This document shows positions 1-8,839 of a stretch of DNA of 31,058 nt, piece by piece. The first letter of the stretch is position 1. Each line of letters begins with the position of its first letter. The stretch is from NCBI GenBank assembly GCA_938003985.1, contig CALKWZ010000080.1, forward strand, positions 1 to 31,058, in the 5' to 3' direction. The DNA comes from an uncultured Verrucomicrobiota bacterium. Lineage in GTDB: Bacteria; Verrucomicrobiota; Kiritimatiellia; CAIQIC01; Lenti-01. A program made the position numbers and the translations under genes. Under the pieces are notes generated by a model that did not search any database, was not told the DNA's origin, and saw only the letters and a list, made by a program, of their open reading frames with translations.

Positions 1-1209
1 CCCGTGCGTCCCCGCTTCCTCTCCGTCCTCCAGCCCGTCGCCGTCCGTGTCCGCCTTGGCCGGATTGGTTCCCAGCTCTAATTCCTTGAGGTTGTTCAGG
101 CCGTCGCCGTCTTTGTCGTCGGCCGCACTGTTGCGCAACGGATTCAAGCCGTATTGCGCTTCCCACCCGTCCGGCAGTCCGTCGGCGTCCGTGTCCGCAT
201 TGCGCGGATTCGTGCCGTAGCCCATTTCCTGGAGGTTGGTCATTCCGTCGCCATCGGCATCCTCGGCCGCATCGTTCACGCGGGGATTAAACCCGTGCGT
301 CACTTCCCAGCCGTCCGGCATGCGGTCGCCGTCCGTGTCGGCCTGCACCGGATGGGTGTTGTGCGCGAATTCCTGGGAATTGACCAATTTGTCCCGGTCG
401 GGATCGCCGGACGCGCCATCGCCGCCGCTGCTCGAAAGCGGATTCAATCCCATGTCCGTTTCCCATTTGTCCGGCAAACCGTCGTTGTCCGTATCGCCGA
501 ACCATGGATCCGTTCCGTAGACCGCGACTTCCTCGTAATCGCTCAGCCCGTCGCCGTCGGAATCGGCCACCCGCGGATTCGTGCCCGCGAGATATTCCTG
601 CAAATTGCCGAGACCATCCCCGTCGGCATCGGCGGCCGCATCGTCCCGGACCGGATCGAAGCTTTGATCGATTTCCCAGCGATCGCCCATGCCATCGCCG
701 TCCGTGTCGCCGTCTTCCGGGTCGGTTCCGTAGGCGTATTCCTGCTGGTTGGACAATCCGTCGCCGTCGGCATCCCCGCCGGCGTCCGCCGGATTCAGCG
801 GATCGAAAAGCTGGGGCCGGCGCAACTCATAGACGTCGTCGATCCCGTCGCCGTCGGAATCCAGCGGTTGCAGCACGTTCCGCGAAAACACCCGGTAGAA
901 CTGGCTATGTTGCCGGTCCAGCGCGGCGCGGTCCCGCCAGACCTGCGTGCCTTCCGCCCCCAGCACCAAACCGGTCAGGCCCCAGTCGCTCAAGGTTTCG
1001 GTGGCCCGCACCAAGTGATACTCGGTGGTGAACGAGGGAATTTCGATTCGCAGATTGGAATTGCTTTCCCGCCGGGCGGTAATCAGCAGATCGGCGGCGT
1101 TGCTCCCCGGCCCCGATGCCGTTGCGCATAGACACGCAAACGCCAGCCAAAAGCCCTTCTTCCGGGCAGGCAACCTGTTCCCAGCACAGCTTGGGGATGG
1201 ACGGTGCAT
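1..1209 (-). CDS. Secreted thrombospondin type-3 repeat (calcium-binding) protein, C-terminus beyond window edge
   Basis: Own reading of the minus strand: starts MHRPSPSCAGNRLPARKKGFWLAFACLCATASG (signal-like), then repeated DxDGDGxxDxxE motifs (e.g. LDSDGDGIDDVYE, ADADGDGLGNLQEYLAGTNPRVADSDGDGLSDYEE, GTNPAKADTDGDGLEDGEE). Open to the left edge, so absent from the ORF track. Confidence 0.88.
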   Translation of the reverse strand, partial: MHRPSPSCAGNRLPARKKGFWLAFACLCATASGPGSNAADLLITARRESNSNLRIEIPSFTTEYHLVRATETLSDWGLTGLVLGAEGTQVWRDRAALDRQHSQFYRVFSRNVLQPLDSDGDGIDDVYELRRPQLFDPLNPADAGGDADGDGLSNQQEYAYGTDPEDGDTDGDGMGDRWEIDQSFDPVRDDAAADADGDGLGNLQEYLAGTNPRVADSDGDGLSDYEEVAVYGTDPWFGDTDNDGLPDKWETDMGLNPLSSSGGDGASGDPDRDKLVNSQEFAHNTHPVQADTDGDRMPDGWEVTHGFNPRVNDAAEDADGDGMTNLQEMGYGTNPRNADTDADGLPDGWEAQYGLNPLRNSAADDKDGDGLNNLKELELGTNPAKADTDGDGLEDGEEAGTHG

Positions 1210-1403
1210 GTCGATTGGTCTCGAGCTGGATCCAAGCTCTTAACGCTATATAAACAAATTACACTTCTTTCCCGTGGGCATCAAACCCCAATCTGCGGAA
1301 AGGGCGCGGCGCGGCGGAATGCACATCCTCCTGCGCGGCATTTCGATGCAACTTCAGCCGGGCTCCGGAAATCCCCTCCGCCCTCCGGCCGTCGACTGAA
1401 ACG

Positions 1404-1919
1404 CTATCCCAGCGCCGCCAACGCGGCGGCAACGTCGGGCTCATCCATCGTTTCGGATACGAGCTGGACGTGCTGCACGACGTCATGTTCGTCGAGCACG
1501 AGCACCGCGCGCGCCTGCAAGCCCATCCGCGCGTGTTCCACGATCAGCGTGCCGTAGTCCATGCCGAATTCCGGCGCGCGGAACGTCGAGAGAAACTGGC
1601 CGCGGGGCGCCTTCAGGTCGGCGCACAACCGCGCCAGCGCAAAGGGCAGATCGGCCGAAATCGTCAGCACAACCACGTCGGCCCGCGCGGCGAACGCCGC
1701 GATGAATTTTTCGGTCGCCCGCCGGCAAACCGGCGCCTCCAAGGACGGCACGACGTGGAGCACTTTCTTTTTGCCGGCGAAATCCGCCAGCGTCCGGTCG
1801 TTGAAGTCCGGATCGGCCAGCCGGAACGCGGGTGCCGGTTGGCCGACGGCGGGCAACCGGTCGAAGGTCCAAGCCGGTTGGCCGGCGATCGCGATGGGCT
1901 GCGGTTCGAGTTCGCGCAT
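1404..1919 (-). CDS. tpx: Thiol peroxidase (Tpx, atypical 2-Cys peroxiredoxin)
   Basis: MRELEPQPIAIAGQPAWTFDRLPAVGQPAPAFRLADPDFNDRTLADFAGKKKVLHVVPSLEAPVCRRATEKF...ISADLPFALARLC...LSTFR; both Tpx cysteine contexts present. It is the C-terminal part of the 442-aa track ORF, whose upstream portion is out-of-frame overlap with rsmE. Confidence 0.85.
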   Translation of the reverse strand: MRELEPQPIAIAGQPAWTFDRLPAVGQPAPAFRLADPDFNDRTLADFAGKKKVLHVVPSLEAPVCRRATEKFIAAFAARADVVVLTISADLPFALARLCADLKAPRGQFLSTFRAPEFGMDYGTLIVEHARMGLQARAVLVLDEHDVVQHVQLVSETMDEPDVAAALAALG

Positions 1920-1930
1920 GCGGAAGCTCG

Positions 1931-2671
1931 CTAGGACATCCAGGCGTATTGCAGCGCCGACAGGACGAACAGCGCCGCGGTCTCGACGCGGAAAACGATG
2001 GGCCCGAACGTGACGGGCTGGACGCCCGCCGTCCGCAAGGCTTCGACTTCGCCCGGACTGAAATCGCCTTCCGGTCCGATGAAGGCCGCGACCTGCGGAC
2101 ACGCTTCGCGCCGCAAGCGGGCGAACAACTCCGGCAGCGGCACGGCGCCCTCCTGCAGCGCGCCGAAACAAGCCGCCCCGGAAACGCCGCGCAACGCCGC
2201 CAGCGCCTCCGGCAGCGGCCGCGGCGGCGCGATTTCCGGCAGCCACGGATTGCCGCTTTGCTTGCAGGCGGCCAGCGCGATGGCCTGCCAGCGCGCCGCT
2301 TTCCGTTCCGCTTCTTCCGCGCGGATCCGCACCACGGCGCGTTCGGTCTGCAGCGGCCAGATCGCATGCACGCCCAGCTCGACCGCCTTCTGGATCAGCC
2401 AATCCATTTTCTGCTCGCGCACCAGCGCCTGCGCCAGGATCCGCCGCGGCGCGAACGGATCTTTCCGCGCCTGCGCCAGGATGCGGATCGCCGTGCGCTT
2501 CTTGTGCGGCGCAACCACCTCCGCCGCGCCCGTGCGCCCCGCGCCGTCGAGGATCTCGATGCGTTCTCCCGCCGGCGCGCGCAGCACGCCGGCCAGATGC
2601 TTCGATTCGACCTCGTCCAGTTCGGCCCGTTCGCCGTCCCAGCGGTCGGGCGGCAGATAACAGCGGATCAT
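1931..2671 (-). CDS. rsmE: 16S rRNA (uracil1498-N3)-methyltransferase RsmE
   Basis: MIRCYLPPDRWDGERAELDEVESKHLAGVLRAPAGE...VREQKMDWLIQKAVELGVHAIWPLQTERAVVR...AAFIGPEGDFSPGEVEALRTAG...FRVETAALFVLSALQ; SPOUT/RsmE motifs. Confidence 0.9.
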   Translation of the reverse strand: MIRCYLPPDRWDGERAELDEVESKHLAGVLRAPAGERIEILDGAGRTGAAEVVAPHKKRTAIRILAQARKDPFAPRRILAQALVREQKMDWLIQKAVELGVHAIWPLQTERAVVRIRAEEAERKAARWQAIALAACKQSGNPWLPEIAPPRPLPEALAALRGVSGAACFGALQEGAVPLPELFARLRREACPQVAAFIGPEGDFSPGEVEALRTAGVQPVTFGPIVFRVETAALFVLSALQYAWMS

Positions 2672-2747
2672 GATCGGACTTTCCCTTCCAAAAACAAAGG
2701 CACGTTCGCGACCGCGAACGCGCCTTGGCCAACCGGTCTGCCGCGGC

Positions 2748-3389
2748 CTAGAACAGGAACTTCGCGCCGAGGCGGGCATAGCCCCCGCCGAACGTCACGT
2801 CGCGCACGGTCTTGCCGTCGAACGTCGTGTCTTCGTTCACCACGTCGATCTGGTAGCCGAGCCCGCCGGTCAGATAGACGTTTTCGGAGACCATGTACTC
2901 GTATTCCGCGCCGAGGGTCCACAGCAAGGCGCCGCCGATGTCCGCGTCCTGGCGTTTCTTCCGGTTGTCGCCGTCGTTGTAGGCGTCGACGCTGGACTCC
3001 ACGAAAGCATACTGCAATCCCGTCTCGAAAATGATGTTCCAGCTGTCCCAATCGACCAGATTGAAGAAGAGCGAGGCGCCGAAGGGAATCACCAGCGCTT
3101 CGCCGTCGTAGTCGGACACGTACTTGATCTTGAACGCGTTGGACGCATCGTCCACCTGCCATTGGGAAACGCCGAGGTTGACGCCCACGCCCCACGGAAA
3201 ATTGAACCACTCGCGGTAGCTGACCTGCGCGCCGAGACCGAGCTCGAACAGATCGCAATCGGCGTGGTCGGGCAGGAAGGCCAAACCGGAAACGGCCAGT
3301 TCGCCCGGATCCTCGCTGAACATACCGCCGAACGCCGCGCCGCCGCTCAACAACGCCGCACATGCCAACACCATCGCTTTTTTCATCAT
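2748..3389 (-). CDS. Outer-membrane beta-barrel-like protein
   Basis: Signal peptide MMKKAMVLACAALLSGGAAFG, alternating amphipathic strands rich in aromatic/Gly residues, terminal Phe (..YARLGAKFLF). Confidence 0.65.
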   Translation of the reverse strand: MMKKAMVLACAALLSGGAAFGGMFSEDPGELAVSGLAFLPDHADCDLFELGLGAQVSYREWFNFPWGVGVNLGVSQWQVDDASNAFKIKYVSDYDGEALVIPFGASLFFNLVDWDSWNIIFETGLQYAFVESSVDAYNDGDNRKKRQDADIGGALLWTLGAEYEYMVSENVYLTGGLGYQIDVVNEDTTFDGKTVRDVTFGGGYARLGAKFLF

Positions 3390-3503
3390 GGAATATCTCC
3401 CGTTGGTTAAATTCAGGTTGCGGCGAATCTACCCCAACCGCGCGGGACTTGTAAAGCGCCGGACACGGATTTCAGCGGCGGGCGCGGCCTTCACGCCCGG
3501 CGG

Positions 3504-4931
3504 CTACAGGCCGGTGTCGAACCGCACGGTCTGGCCCGCCTCGATGGCAACGCCTTCGCCCACCGGCAGATCCTCGTCCATGTCGTAGACCTTCAGAATC
3601 AGGTCGTAGGTTCCCGGCCGCGCGATGAACGGCCGCCAGAGCGGTTCGTCGTTGTCCATCCCGCGCCGCACGGCCAGCCAAGGCTCGACGCCCCCGGCCG
3701 GCACCAGATCCCAGCCCCGCACCCGGGTGCCTTCGGGCCGGGCGATCTGGATGCCGGCATCCAGCGTGAGCACCGCCTCCCGGCCCGCCGCCACCGCCAG
3801 GCCTTCCGCGACGACAGCGGGCTTTTCGCAGCGCCGATACAACAGCGCCACGTCGTACGAGCCCGGCAACAGCGGCTTGGGCTTGAAGAGATAGTAGTCG
3901 TTGTCGTGCCGCAGCAGGCGCAGCGCTTCGCGGCCCGTGCCGCGCGCCGAAATCACGACCGCCTCCACCGGCGCCGCCTTGAGCTCTTCCGCAACGTTGA
4001 ACGCCAGCGCGCCCAGCGCGATCTCGGTCGTCGCGCCTTTCGCCACGGCGAAATCGCCGGCCGGCATTTCGGTCGGCGGCTGGTAGTTGGGATTGGCGAA
4101 CAGCAGCGTCAGCGCGTAATCGCCCGCCATCAGCGGATGCGTCGAATCCGCCGCCGGCAGTTCGCCTTCCTTCACGACCTTGTCGCTGATCTTGCGGACG
4201 ATGCGGAAGCCGGCCAGGCTTGGCAGGGCTCCGTCCGGCAGGACGATGCGCACCTTCCCCAGCCCCGTTGCCTGCGTCACCACCTGCGTCTTCGCCTGCT
4301 CCACCTTCTGCGCGATTTCCGCGTTCACTTCCTGCAGCGCCGCCAGCAGCCCGGCCGCGTCCGCCGCGCCGAAATATTGCCCGCCGCCCGCCTGCGCGAT
4401 GCATTCCAGCTGGGCCTGGTCCGCTTCCGTCACGGCGAAGCCCACCACGTGCATGACGAATTTCACGCCGGCGGCCTTCAGGGCCCGCACCGTCGCGCAC
4501 GGATCGCCGCCGCAGGTCTCCTGGCCGTCGCTGACGAGCACGATCGTGGTTTCCGCGTCGCGCCCTTTCAGCAGGTCGGCCACTTGCGTCACCGCCGCCG
4601 AGATGGGCGTCATGCCCACCGGCTGCATCGCGGCAATGCGCGCCAACACGGCGGCGCGATCTTCGTTGCCGGGCGGGACGAGGATTTCGATGTCCGCGCA
4701 ATCGTCCGGCCGGCGGTGGCCGTAGGCGGCCAGGCCGAGCTTTACTTCCGGCGCGAGGGCCGGCACGGCCTGGGCCAGCACCGCCTGGGCGGCCGCCATC
4801 TTGGTGTCGGCGCCGGCCGTCCCCGACATGCTGCCCGACGCGTCCAGAACGAACATCGCCTCCGGCATCGTCGCCGCGAGCGCGCCCAGGGGAATGAACA
4901 GGGCAACCAGCCAGATCTTCAGTGCCTTCAT
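3504..4931 (-). CDS. Secreted von Willebrand factor type A domain protein
   Basis: MKALKIWLVALFIPLGALAATMPEAMFVLDASGSMSGTAG...; MIDAS DxSxS, ..TPISAAVTQVADLLKGRDAETTIVLVSDGQETCGGDP. Confidence 0.85.
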   Translation of the reverse strand: MKALKIWLVALFIPLGALAATMPEAMFVLDASGSMSGTAGADTKMAAAQAVLAQAVPALAPEVKLGLAAYGHRRPDDCADIEILVPPGNEDRAAVLARIAAMQPVGMTPISAAVTQVADLLKGRDAETTIVLVSDGQETCGGDPCATVRALKAAGVKFVMHVVGFAVTEADQAQLECIAQAGGGQYFGAADAAGLLAALQEVNAEIAQKVEQAKTQVVTQATGLGKVRIVLPDGALPSLAGFRIVRKISDKVVKEGELPAADSTHPLMAGDYALTLLFANPNYQPPTEMPAGDFAVAKGATTEIALGALAFNVAEELKAAPVEAVVISARGTGREALRLLRHDNDYYLFKPKPLLPGSYDVALLYRRCEKPAVVAEGLAVAAGREAVLTLDAGIQIARPEGTRVRGWDLVPAGGVEPWLAVRRGMDNDEPLWRPFIARPGTYDLILKVYDMDEDLPVGEGVAIEAGQTVRFDTGL

Positions 4932-5029
4932 GTCGCTGCTCCTCGGTAGCCCGGCGCCGCGCCCTCCTGCGCGCGCTGGGCCATCCCCATGTTGCCAAAG
5001 TTCCGCCGCAAATCAACCGCGAACCCCGC

Positions 5030-5057
5030 TTGACATATATACACATATGTGTATATG
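5030..5057 (+). promoter_or_regulatory. Sigma70-like promoter with embedded perfect 20-bp operator palindrome upstream of arsR1
   Basis: TTGACA (5030-5035), 16-nt spacer, TATATG (5052-5057); perfect palindrome ATATACACATATGTGTATAT at 5037-5056 covers spacer and -10. Confidence 0.75.
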
Positions 5058-5065
5058 TATACGGC

Positions 5066-5374
5066 ATGAATACCGCCCAAGCCAAGGCCCGCGCCGATCT
5101 CCTGAAAGCCCTCGCCCATCCCACCCGCGTCCTCATGCTGGACGCGCTGGGCCACGGCGATTGCTGCGTCAACGACCTCCGCAACCTCGCTGCGACGAGC
5201 CAGCCGACCATTTCCCGCCATTTGGAGAAACTCAAGAAAGTCGGGATCGTCACCGAGCGGCGCGCCGGCAAGCGGGTCATCCACCACCTCGCCTGCCCCT
5301 GCATGCTGCAAGCCCTGGGGTGCACCGTCGAAGCGCTGAAATCCGTCAAGCAGCGCCAAGCCAGCACCATTTAA
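5066..5374 (+). CDS. arsR: ArsR/SmtB-family metalloregulator (arsR1)
   Basis: MNTAQAKARADLLKALAHPTRVLMLDALGHGDCCVNDLRNLAATSQPTISRHLEKLKKVGIVTERRAGKRVIHHLACPCMLQALGC; winged-helix ArsR signature with CC and CPC cysteine motifs. Confidence 0.85.
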   Translation: MNTAQAKARADLLKALAHPTRVLMLDALGHGDCCVNDLRNLAATSQPTISRHLEKLKKVGIVTERRAGKRVIHHLACPCMLQALGCTVEALKSVKQRQASTI

Positions 5375-5383
5375 GGAACCGAC

Positions 5384-6760
5384 ATGAACAAAGAGATCAA
5401 AATCCTCCTTGGACTCGTCGCCGCCTTCCTCGGCCTCTACTTCCTGCCGATGGAGCATCTCCGCTTCCAAGGCGCCATCCTCGAGGCCCTGCATCTCGCC
5501 AAGTGGTACGCGCGCGAACACGTCCTGCTCTGCCTCGTGCCGGCGTTTTTCATCGCGGGCGCCATCGGCGTCTTCGTCAGCCAGAACGCGGTGATGAAGT
5601 ATTTCGGCCCCAAGGCGTCGAAGTGGCTGTCCTATTCGGTGGCGTCGGTCTCGGGCACGATCCTGGCGGTCTGCTCGTGCACCGTCCTGCCGCTCTTTGG
5701 CGGCATCTACTTCCGCGGCGCGGGCCTCGGACCGGCCGTCGCCTTCCTGTATTCCGGCCCCGCCATCAACGTGCTGGCCATCGTGCTGACCGCCCGCGTG
5801 CTGGGCATCGAACTGGGCATCGCCCGCGCCGTCGGCGCGATTTCCTTCAGCGTGGTCATCGGCCTGCTGATGCACCTGATCTTTCTCAAGGAAGAACGCG
5901 CCAAGGCGGCAACCCCCCGGGACGTGTTCCTCGGTGACGACGACGGAACAACGCGCCCGCTCTGGCAAGTTGCGCTTTATTTCCTCGCCATGGTCGGCAT
6001 CCTCGTCTTCGCCAATTGGGCGCGGCCGCAGGAAACTTCGGGGATCTGGTTCGCGATTTTCAAGGCCAAGTGGATGCTCACCGCGCTTTTTGCCGCGCTG
6101 CTGGGAACCAGCCTGTGGCGATTTTTCAAGGTGAAGCTCGGTTTCATTCTTTTGGCCGCGCTCCCCGCGCTCGCGCTGGCCACGTTCCTCCCTCAGTATC
6201 CCGTTGCGGCGTTCGCGGCCGGTTCGGCCGGTCTTGCGGCCTTGACCTTCTTCGGCGGCGCCGAACTCAAGGACTGGCGCGACCAGTCGTGGGGGTTCGC
6301 CAAGCAGATTCTCCCGCTCCTGTTCATGGGCGTGCTCGCGGCCGGATTCTTCCTCGGCAGCCCCGACGGCGTGGATGCCGGCCTCATTCCCAACCGCTGG
6401 ATCCAAGCCTTGGTCGGCGACTCGCCGCAGGCTTTGCTCTCCATTCTCGGCCGCGATGGTTCGGCCCCCGGCTGGCTGACGACGATCTGGCCGCTCTGGA
6501 CCAACTTGTTTGCCGCCGTCGCCGGCGCGCTGATGTACTTCGCCACGCTGACGGAAGTCCCCATCCTGCGCGGCCTGCTGGACAGCGGCATGGGCCAAGG
6601 CCCCGCCCTCGCCCTCCTGCTCGCCGGCCCCGCCCTCTCCCTGCCCAACATGCTCGTCATCAACTCCATCCTCGGCCCGAAGAAAACGCTGACGTTCGTC
6701 GGTCTGGTCGTCGCCATGGCGACGGTTTCCGGCATGGTTTTCGGAATCGTCGTTCGCTGA
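5384..6760 (+). CDS. ArsP/DUF318-type permease (putative organoarsenical efflux)
   Basis: Multi-TM protein MNKEIKILLGLVAAFLGLYFLP...VSGTILAVCSCTVLPLFGGIYFRGAGLGPAVAFLYSGPAINVLAI...; the CxCTVLPLF...GPAxN pattern fits the permease family PF03773. Confidence 0.8.
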   Translation: MNKEIKILLGLVAAFLGLYFLPMEHLRFQGAILEALHLAKWYAREHVLLCLVPAFFIAGAIGVFVSQNAVMKYFGPKASKWLSYSVASVSGTILAVCSCTVLPLFGGIYFRGAGLGPAVAFLYSGPAINVLAIVLTARVLGIELGIARAVGAISFSVVIGLLMHLIFLKEERAKAATPRDVFLGDDDGTTRPLWQVALYFLAMVGILVFANWARPQETSGIWFAIFKAKWMLTALFAALLGTSLWRFFKVKLGFILLAALPALALATFLPQYPVAAFAAGSAGLAALTFFGGAELKDWRDQSWGFAKQILPLLFMGVLAAGFFLGSPDGVDAGLIPNRWIQALVGDSPQALLSILGRDGSAPGWLTTIWPLWTNLFAAVAGALMYFATLTEVPILRGLLDSGMGQGPALALLLAGPALSLPNMLVINSILGPKKTLTFVGLVVAMATVSGMVFGIVVR

Positions 6761-6774
6761 ATCGAAAGGAACCC

Positions 6775-7008
6775 ATGAAAAAAATCCAAATCCTCGGCAC
6801 CGGTTGCCCGAAGTGCAAATTGCTGTTCGCCAACGCCGAAGCCGCCGTGAAATCCGCCGGCATCGAAGCGCAACTTGAGAAGGTGGACAAAATCGCCGAC
6901 ATCATGAAATTCGGCGTGATGTCCACCCCCGCCCTCGTCGTGGACGGCGCCGTCAAAAGCGTCGGCAAGGTCCTGAGCCCGGAAGACGTCCGGAAGCATC
7001 TGGCCTAG
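6775..7008 (+). CDS. Small redox-active disulfide / thioredoxin-like protein
   Basis: 77 aa MKKIQILGTGCPKCKLLFANAEAAVKSAGIEAQLEKVDKIADIMKFGVMSTPALVVDGAVKSVGKVLSPEDVRKHLA; CPKC active site and cis-Pro TPALVVDG. Confidence 0.85.
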   Translation: MKKIQILGTGCPKCKLLFANAEAAVKSAGIEAQLEKVDKIADIMKFGVMSTPALVVDGAVKSVGKVLSPEDVRKHLA

Positions 7009-7015
7009 GACGGAA

Positions 7016-7612
7016 ATGACCAACGGCCTGGGCATTCCCCTCGCCCCCTGTTGCCCCGAAAATGGCGGCGGAAATCTGATGCCGTTGTTGCTCGTCATCG
7101 TCGTTCTGCTGGCCGGACAGATCGTCCTCCGCGCATTCAAGAGTCGGAAAGGGAACCCCGAAATGGATAATTTCAAGAATCTAGCCATCGTGGCCGCCGT
7201 GGTCGTGGCCGCGGGCCTCGTCTTCGCGCTCAAGCACAACCAAGCTCGATCTTCCGAATCCGCTTCCGCGGCCGCCGCCGCGGGCGGGCCGGCATCGGCG
7301 GAAGCGACGACCGCCGCCTTGCCCCGGCTCGTCGATCTGGGCGCGGACAAGTGCATCCCCTGCAAACAAATGGCGCCCATCCTGGAAGACCTGAAAACCA
7401 CCTATGCCGGCCAGCTCGAGGTGGAATTCATCGACGTCTGGAAAAATCCGGACGCCGGCGGCCAATACGGCATCCGCGTCATTCCCACGCAGATCTTCTT
7501 CGACGCCCAAGGCAAAGAGCTGTTCCGCCACGAAGGTTTTTTTGGCAAGGACGACATGCTCGCGAAATGGAAGGAATTGGGCGTGGACCTGCAGCCGAAG
7601 GCCGCCCCATGA
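7016..7612 (+). CDS. Membrane-anchored thioredoxin-family protein (alternative start 7163)
   Basis: ..LVDLGADKCIPCKQMAPILEDLKTTYAGQLEVEFIDVWKNPDAGGQYGIRVIPTQIFFDAQGKELFRHEGF; TM segment near the N-terminus; KCIPC active site. Confidence 0.8.
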   Translation: MTNGLGIPLAPCCPENGGGNLMPLLLVIVVLLAGQIVLRAFKSRKGNPEMDNFKNLAIVAAVVVAAGLVFALKHNQARSSESASAAAAAGGPASAEATTAALPRLVDLGADKCIPCKQMAPILEDLKTTYAGQLEVEFIDVWKNPDAGGQYGIRVIPTQIFFDAQGKELFRHEGFFGKDDMLAKWKELGVDLQPKAAP

Positions 7613-8310
7613 TCCAATCGCTGTTCACCAGCCTTTCGCGCGCCATCGAGGGCGATCCGGCCATCGCGCTGTCCGCCGCTTTCGTCTGGGGCGTCTTGAG
7701 CATCATTTTGAGCCCCTGCCACCTCGCCAGCATTCCGCTGATCGTCGGGTTCATCGACGAGCAGGGCCGGATCTCCACGAAGCGCGCCTTTCAGATCGCG
7801 CTGCTGTTCGCGCTGGGCATCCTGATCACCATCGGCCTCATCGGCGCCGCCACGGCCATGGCCGGGCGGATGCTGGGCGACGTTGGGCGCTGCGGCAACT
7901 ATTTCGTCGCGGCGATTTTCTTCCTCGTCGGCCTGCATTTGCTGGGCGTGGTTCCCCTGCCCTTCACCGGACCCGGCCAGGTCAAGATGAAGCAGCGCGG
8001 CCGCCTCGCCGCTTTCATCCTCGGCCTGGTGTTCGGCGTGGCCCTCGGCCCCTGCACCTTCGCCTACATGGCGCCGATGCTGGCCGTGACCTTCCGGCTC
8101 GCCGCCGCCCGGATGGCCTACGGCATCCTGCTGCTGCTGGCCTACGGCGTCGGGCACTGCGCCGTCATCGTCCTCGCCGGCACCTTCACCGAAAGCGTCC
8201 AGCACTACCTGAACTGGAACGAAGCCTCCAAGGGCGCGACGATCCTCAAGAAGGTCTGCGGCGTGCTCGTGCTCCTCGGCGGCCTCTGGATGATCTACAC
8301 CGCGCCATGA
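7609..8310 (+). CDS. CcdA/DsbD-type cytochrome c biogenesis (thiol electron conduit) membrane protein
   Basis: MIQSLFTSLSRAIEGDPAIALSAAFVWGVLSIILSPCHLASIPLIVGFI...GLVFGVALGPCTFAYMAPMLAV; paired membrane-embedded Cys in CcdA-like contexts. ATGA overlap with the upstream gene. Confidence 0.82.
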   Translation: MIQSLFTSLSRAIEGDPAIALSAAFVWGVLSIILSPCHLASIPLIVGFIDEQGRISTKRAFQIALLFALGILITIGLIGAATAMAGRMLGDVGRCGNYFVAAIFFLVGLHLLGVVPLPFTGPGQVKMKQRGRLAAFILGLVFGVALGPCTFAYMAPMLAVTFRLAAARMAYGILLLLAYGVGHCAVIVLAGTFTESVQHYLNWNEASKGATILKKVCGVLVLLGGLWMIYTAP

Positions 8311-8753
8311 AGATCCCGACGACATTTGCATGGGCCGCGCTCGTTCTGGCCGGAGCGATGTTGCCGGCCGTGGGCCGCGCGGCCCCGGCCGATGAACCTG
8401 CCGCGACGAACGCGCCCGGCCAACCCATCGTGTACTACTTCCACCGAACCGCCCGCTGTCCCACCTGCCTGTCCATGGAAACCTGGACCAGCCAGGCCGT
8501 GGCGAAGGCGAATGCCGGAGAATCCGCCGCCCCCCTCGCGTGGCAAGCCGTCAATCTCGACGCCCCCGCCAACGCCCATTTCGCCGACGACTTCCAGTTG
8601 ACCTTCGGCACCGTGGTCGTCGCGGAGAACCGCGAAGGCAACGCCGTCCGCTGGAAGAAACTGGAACAGGTCTGGGCGTTCTCCGCCGACGAAACCACCT
8701 TTTCGCAATACCTCGAAAGCGAATTCGGCCCGTTCTTCGGCCAGCGGCGCTAG
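8307..8753 (+). CDS. Exported thioredoxin-fold-like protein with CPTC motif
   Basis: MKIPTTFAWAALVLAGAMLPAVGRAAPADEPAATNAPGQPIVYYFHRTARCPTCLSMETWTSQAV...; signal peptide, CxxC motif, ATGA overlap with ccdA-like gene. Confidence 0.7.
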   Translation: MKIPTTFAWAALVLAGAMLPAVGRAAPADEPAATNAPGQPIVYYFHRTARCPTCLSMETWTSQAVAKANAGESAAPLAWQAVNLDAPANAHFADDFQLTFGTVVVAENREGNAVRWKKLEQVWAFSADETTFSQYLESEFGPFFGQRR

Positions 8754-8786
8754 CCGGAATGCTTTCCCGGGAGGGACAGGCCGGGC

Positions 8787-8815
8787 TTGACGGCCGTTCG
8801 GACCACGCCTATATT
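8787..8815 (+). promoter_or_regulatory. Sigma70-like promoter for the arsR2-hgcAB-arsC unit
   Basis: TTGACG (8787-8792), 17-nt spacer, TATATT (8810-8815). Confidence 0.7.
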
Positions 8816-8823
8816 TCGCCACA

Positions 8824-8836
8824 TAACGAATCGTTA
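8824..8836 (+). promoter_or_regulatory. Operator-like palindrome between the promoter and arsR2
   Basis: TAACGA-A-TCGTTA, a perfect 6-bp dyad just downstream of the -10 box and just upstream of the arsR2 start. Confidence 0.5.
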
Positions 8837-8839
8837 AGG

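Noticed and set aside
154-1131. 325-aa plus-strand ORF rich in VRV/IG repeats
   Set aside because: Periodic antisense shadow of the DxDGDG calcium-binding repeats encoded on the minus strand.
1404-2732. Apparent 442-aa fusion protein upstream of Tpx
   Set aside because: N-terminal 270 aa are out-of-frame, low-complexity translation of rsmE; only the last 171 aa are Tpx.
3472-5370. 632-aa plus-strand ORF 3472-5370 (track strand minus) and 4928-6598 minus ORF
   Set aside because: Composition and lack of domains mark both as shadows/out-of-frame readings of the VWA gene and the permease.
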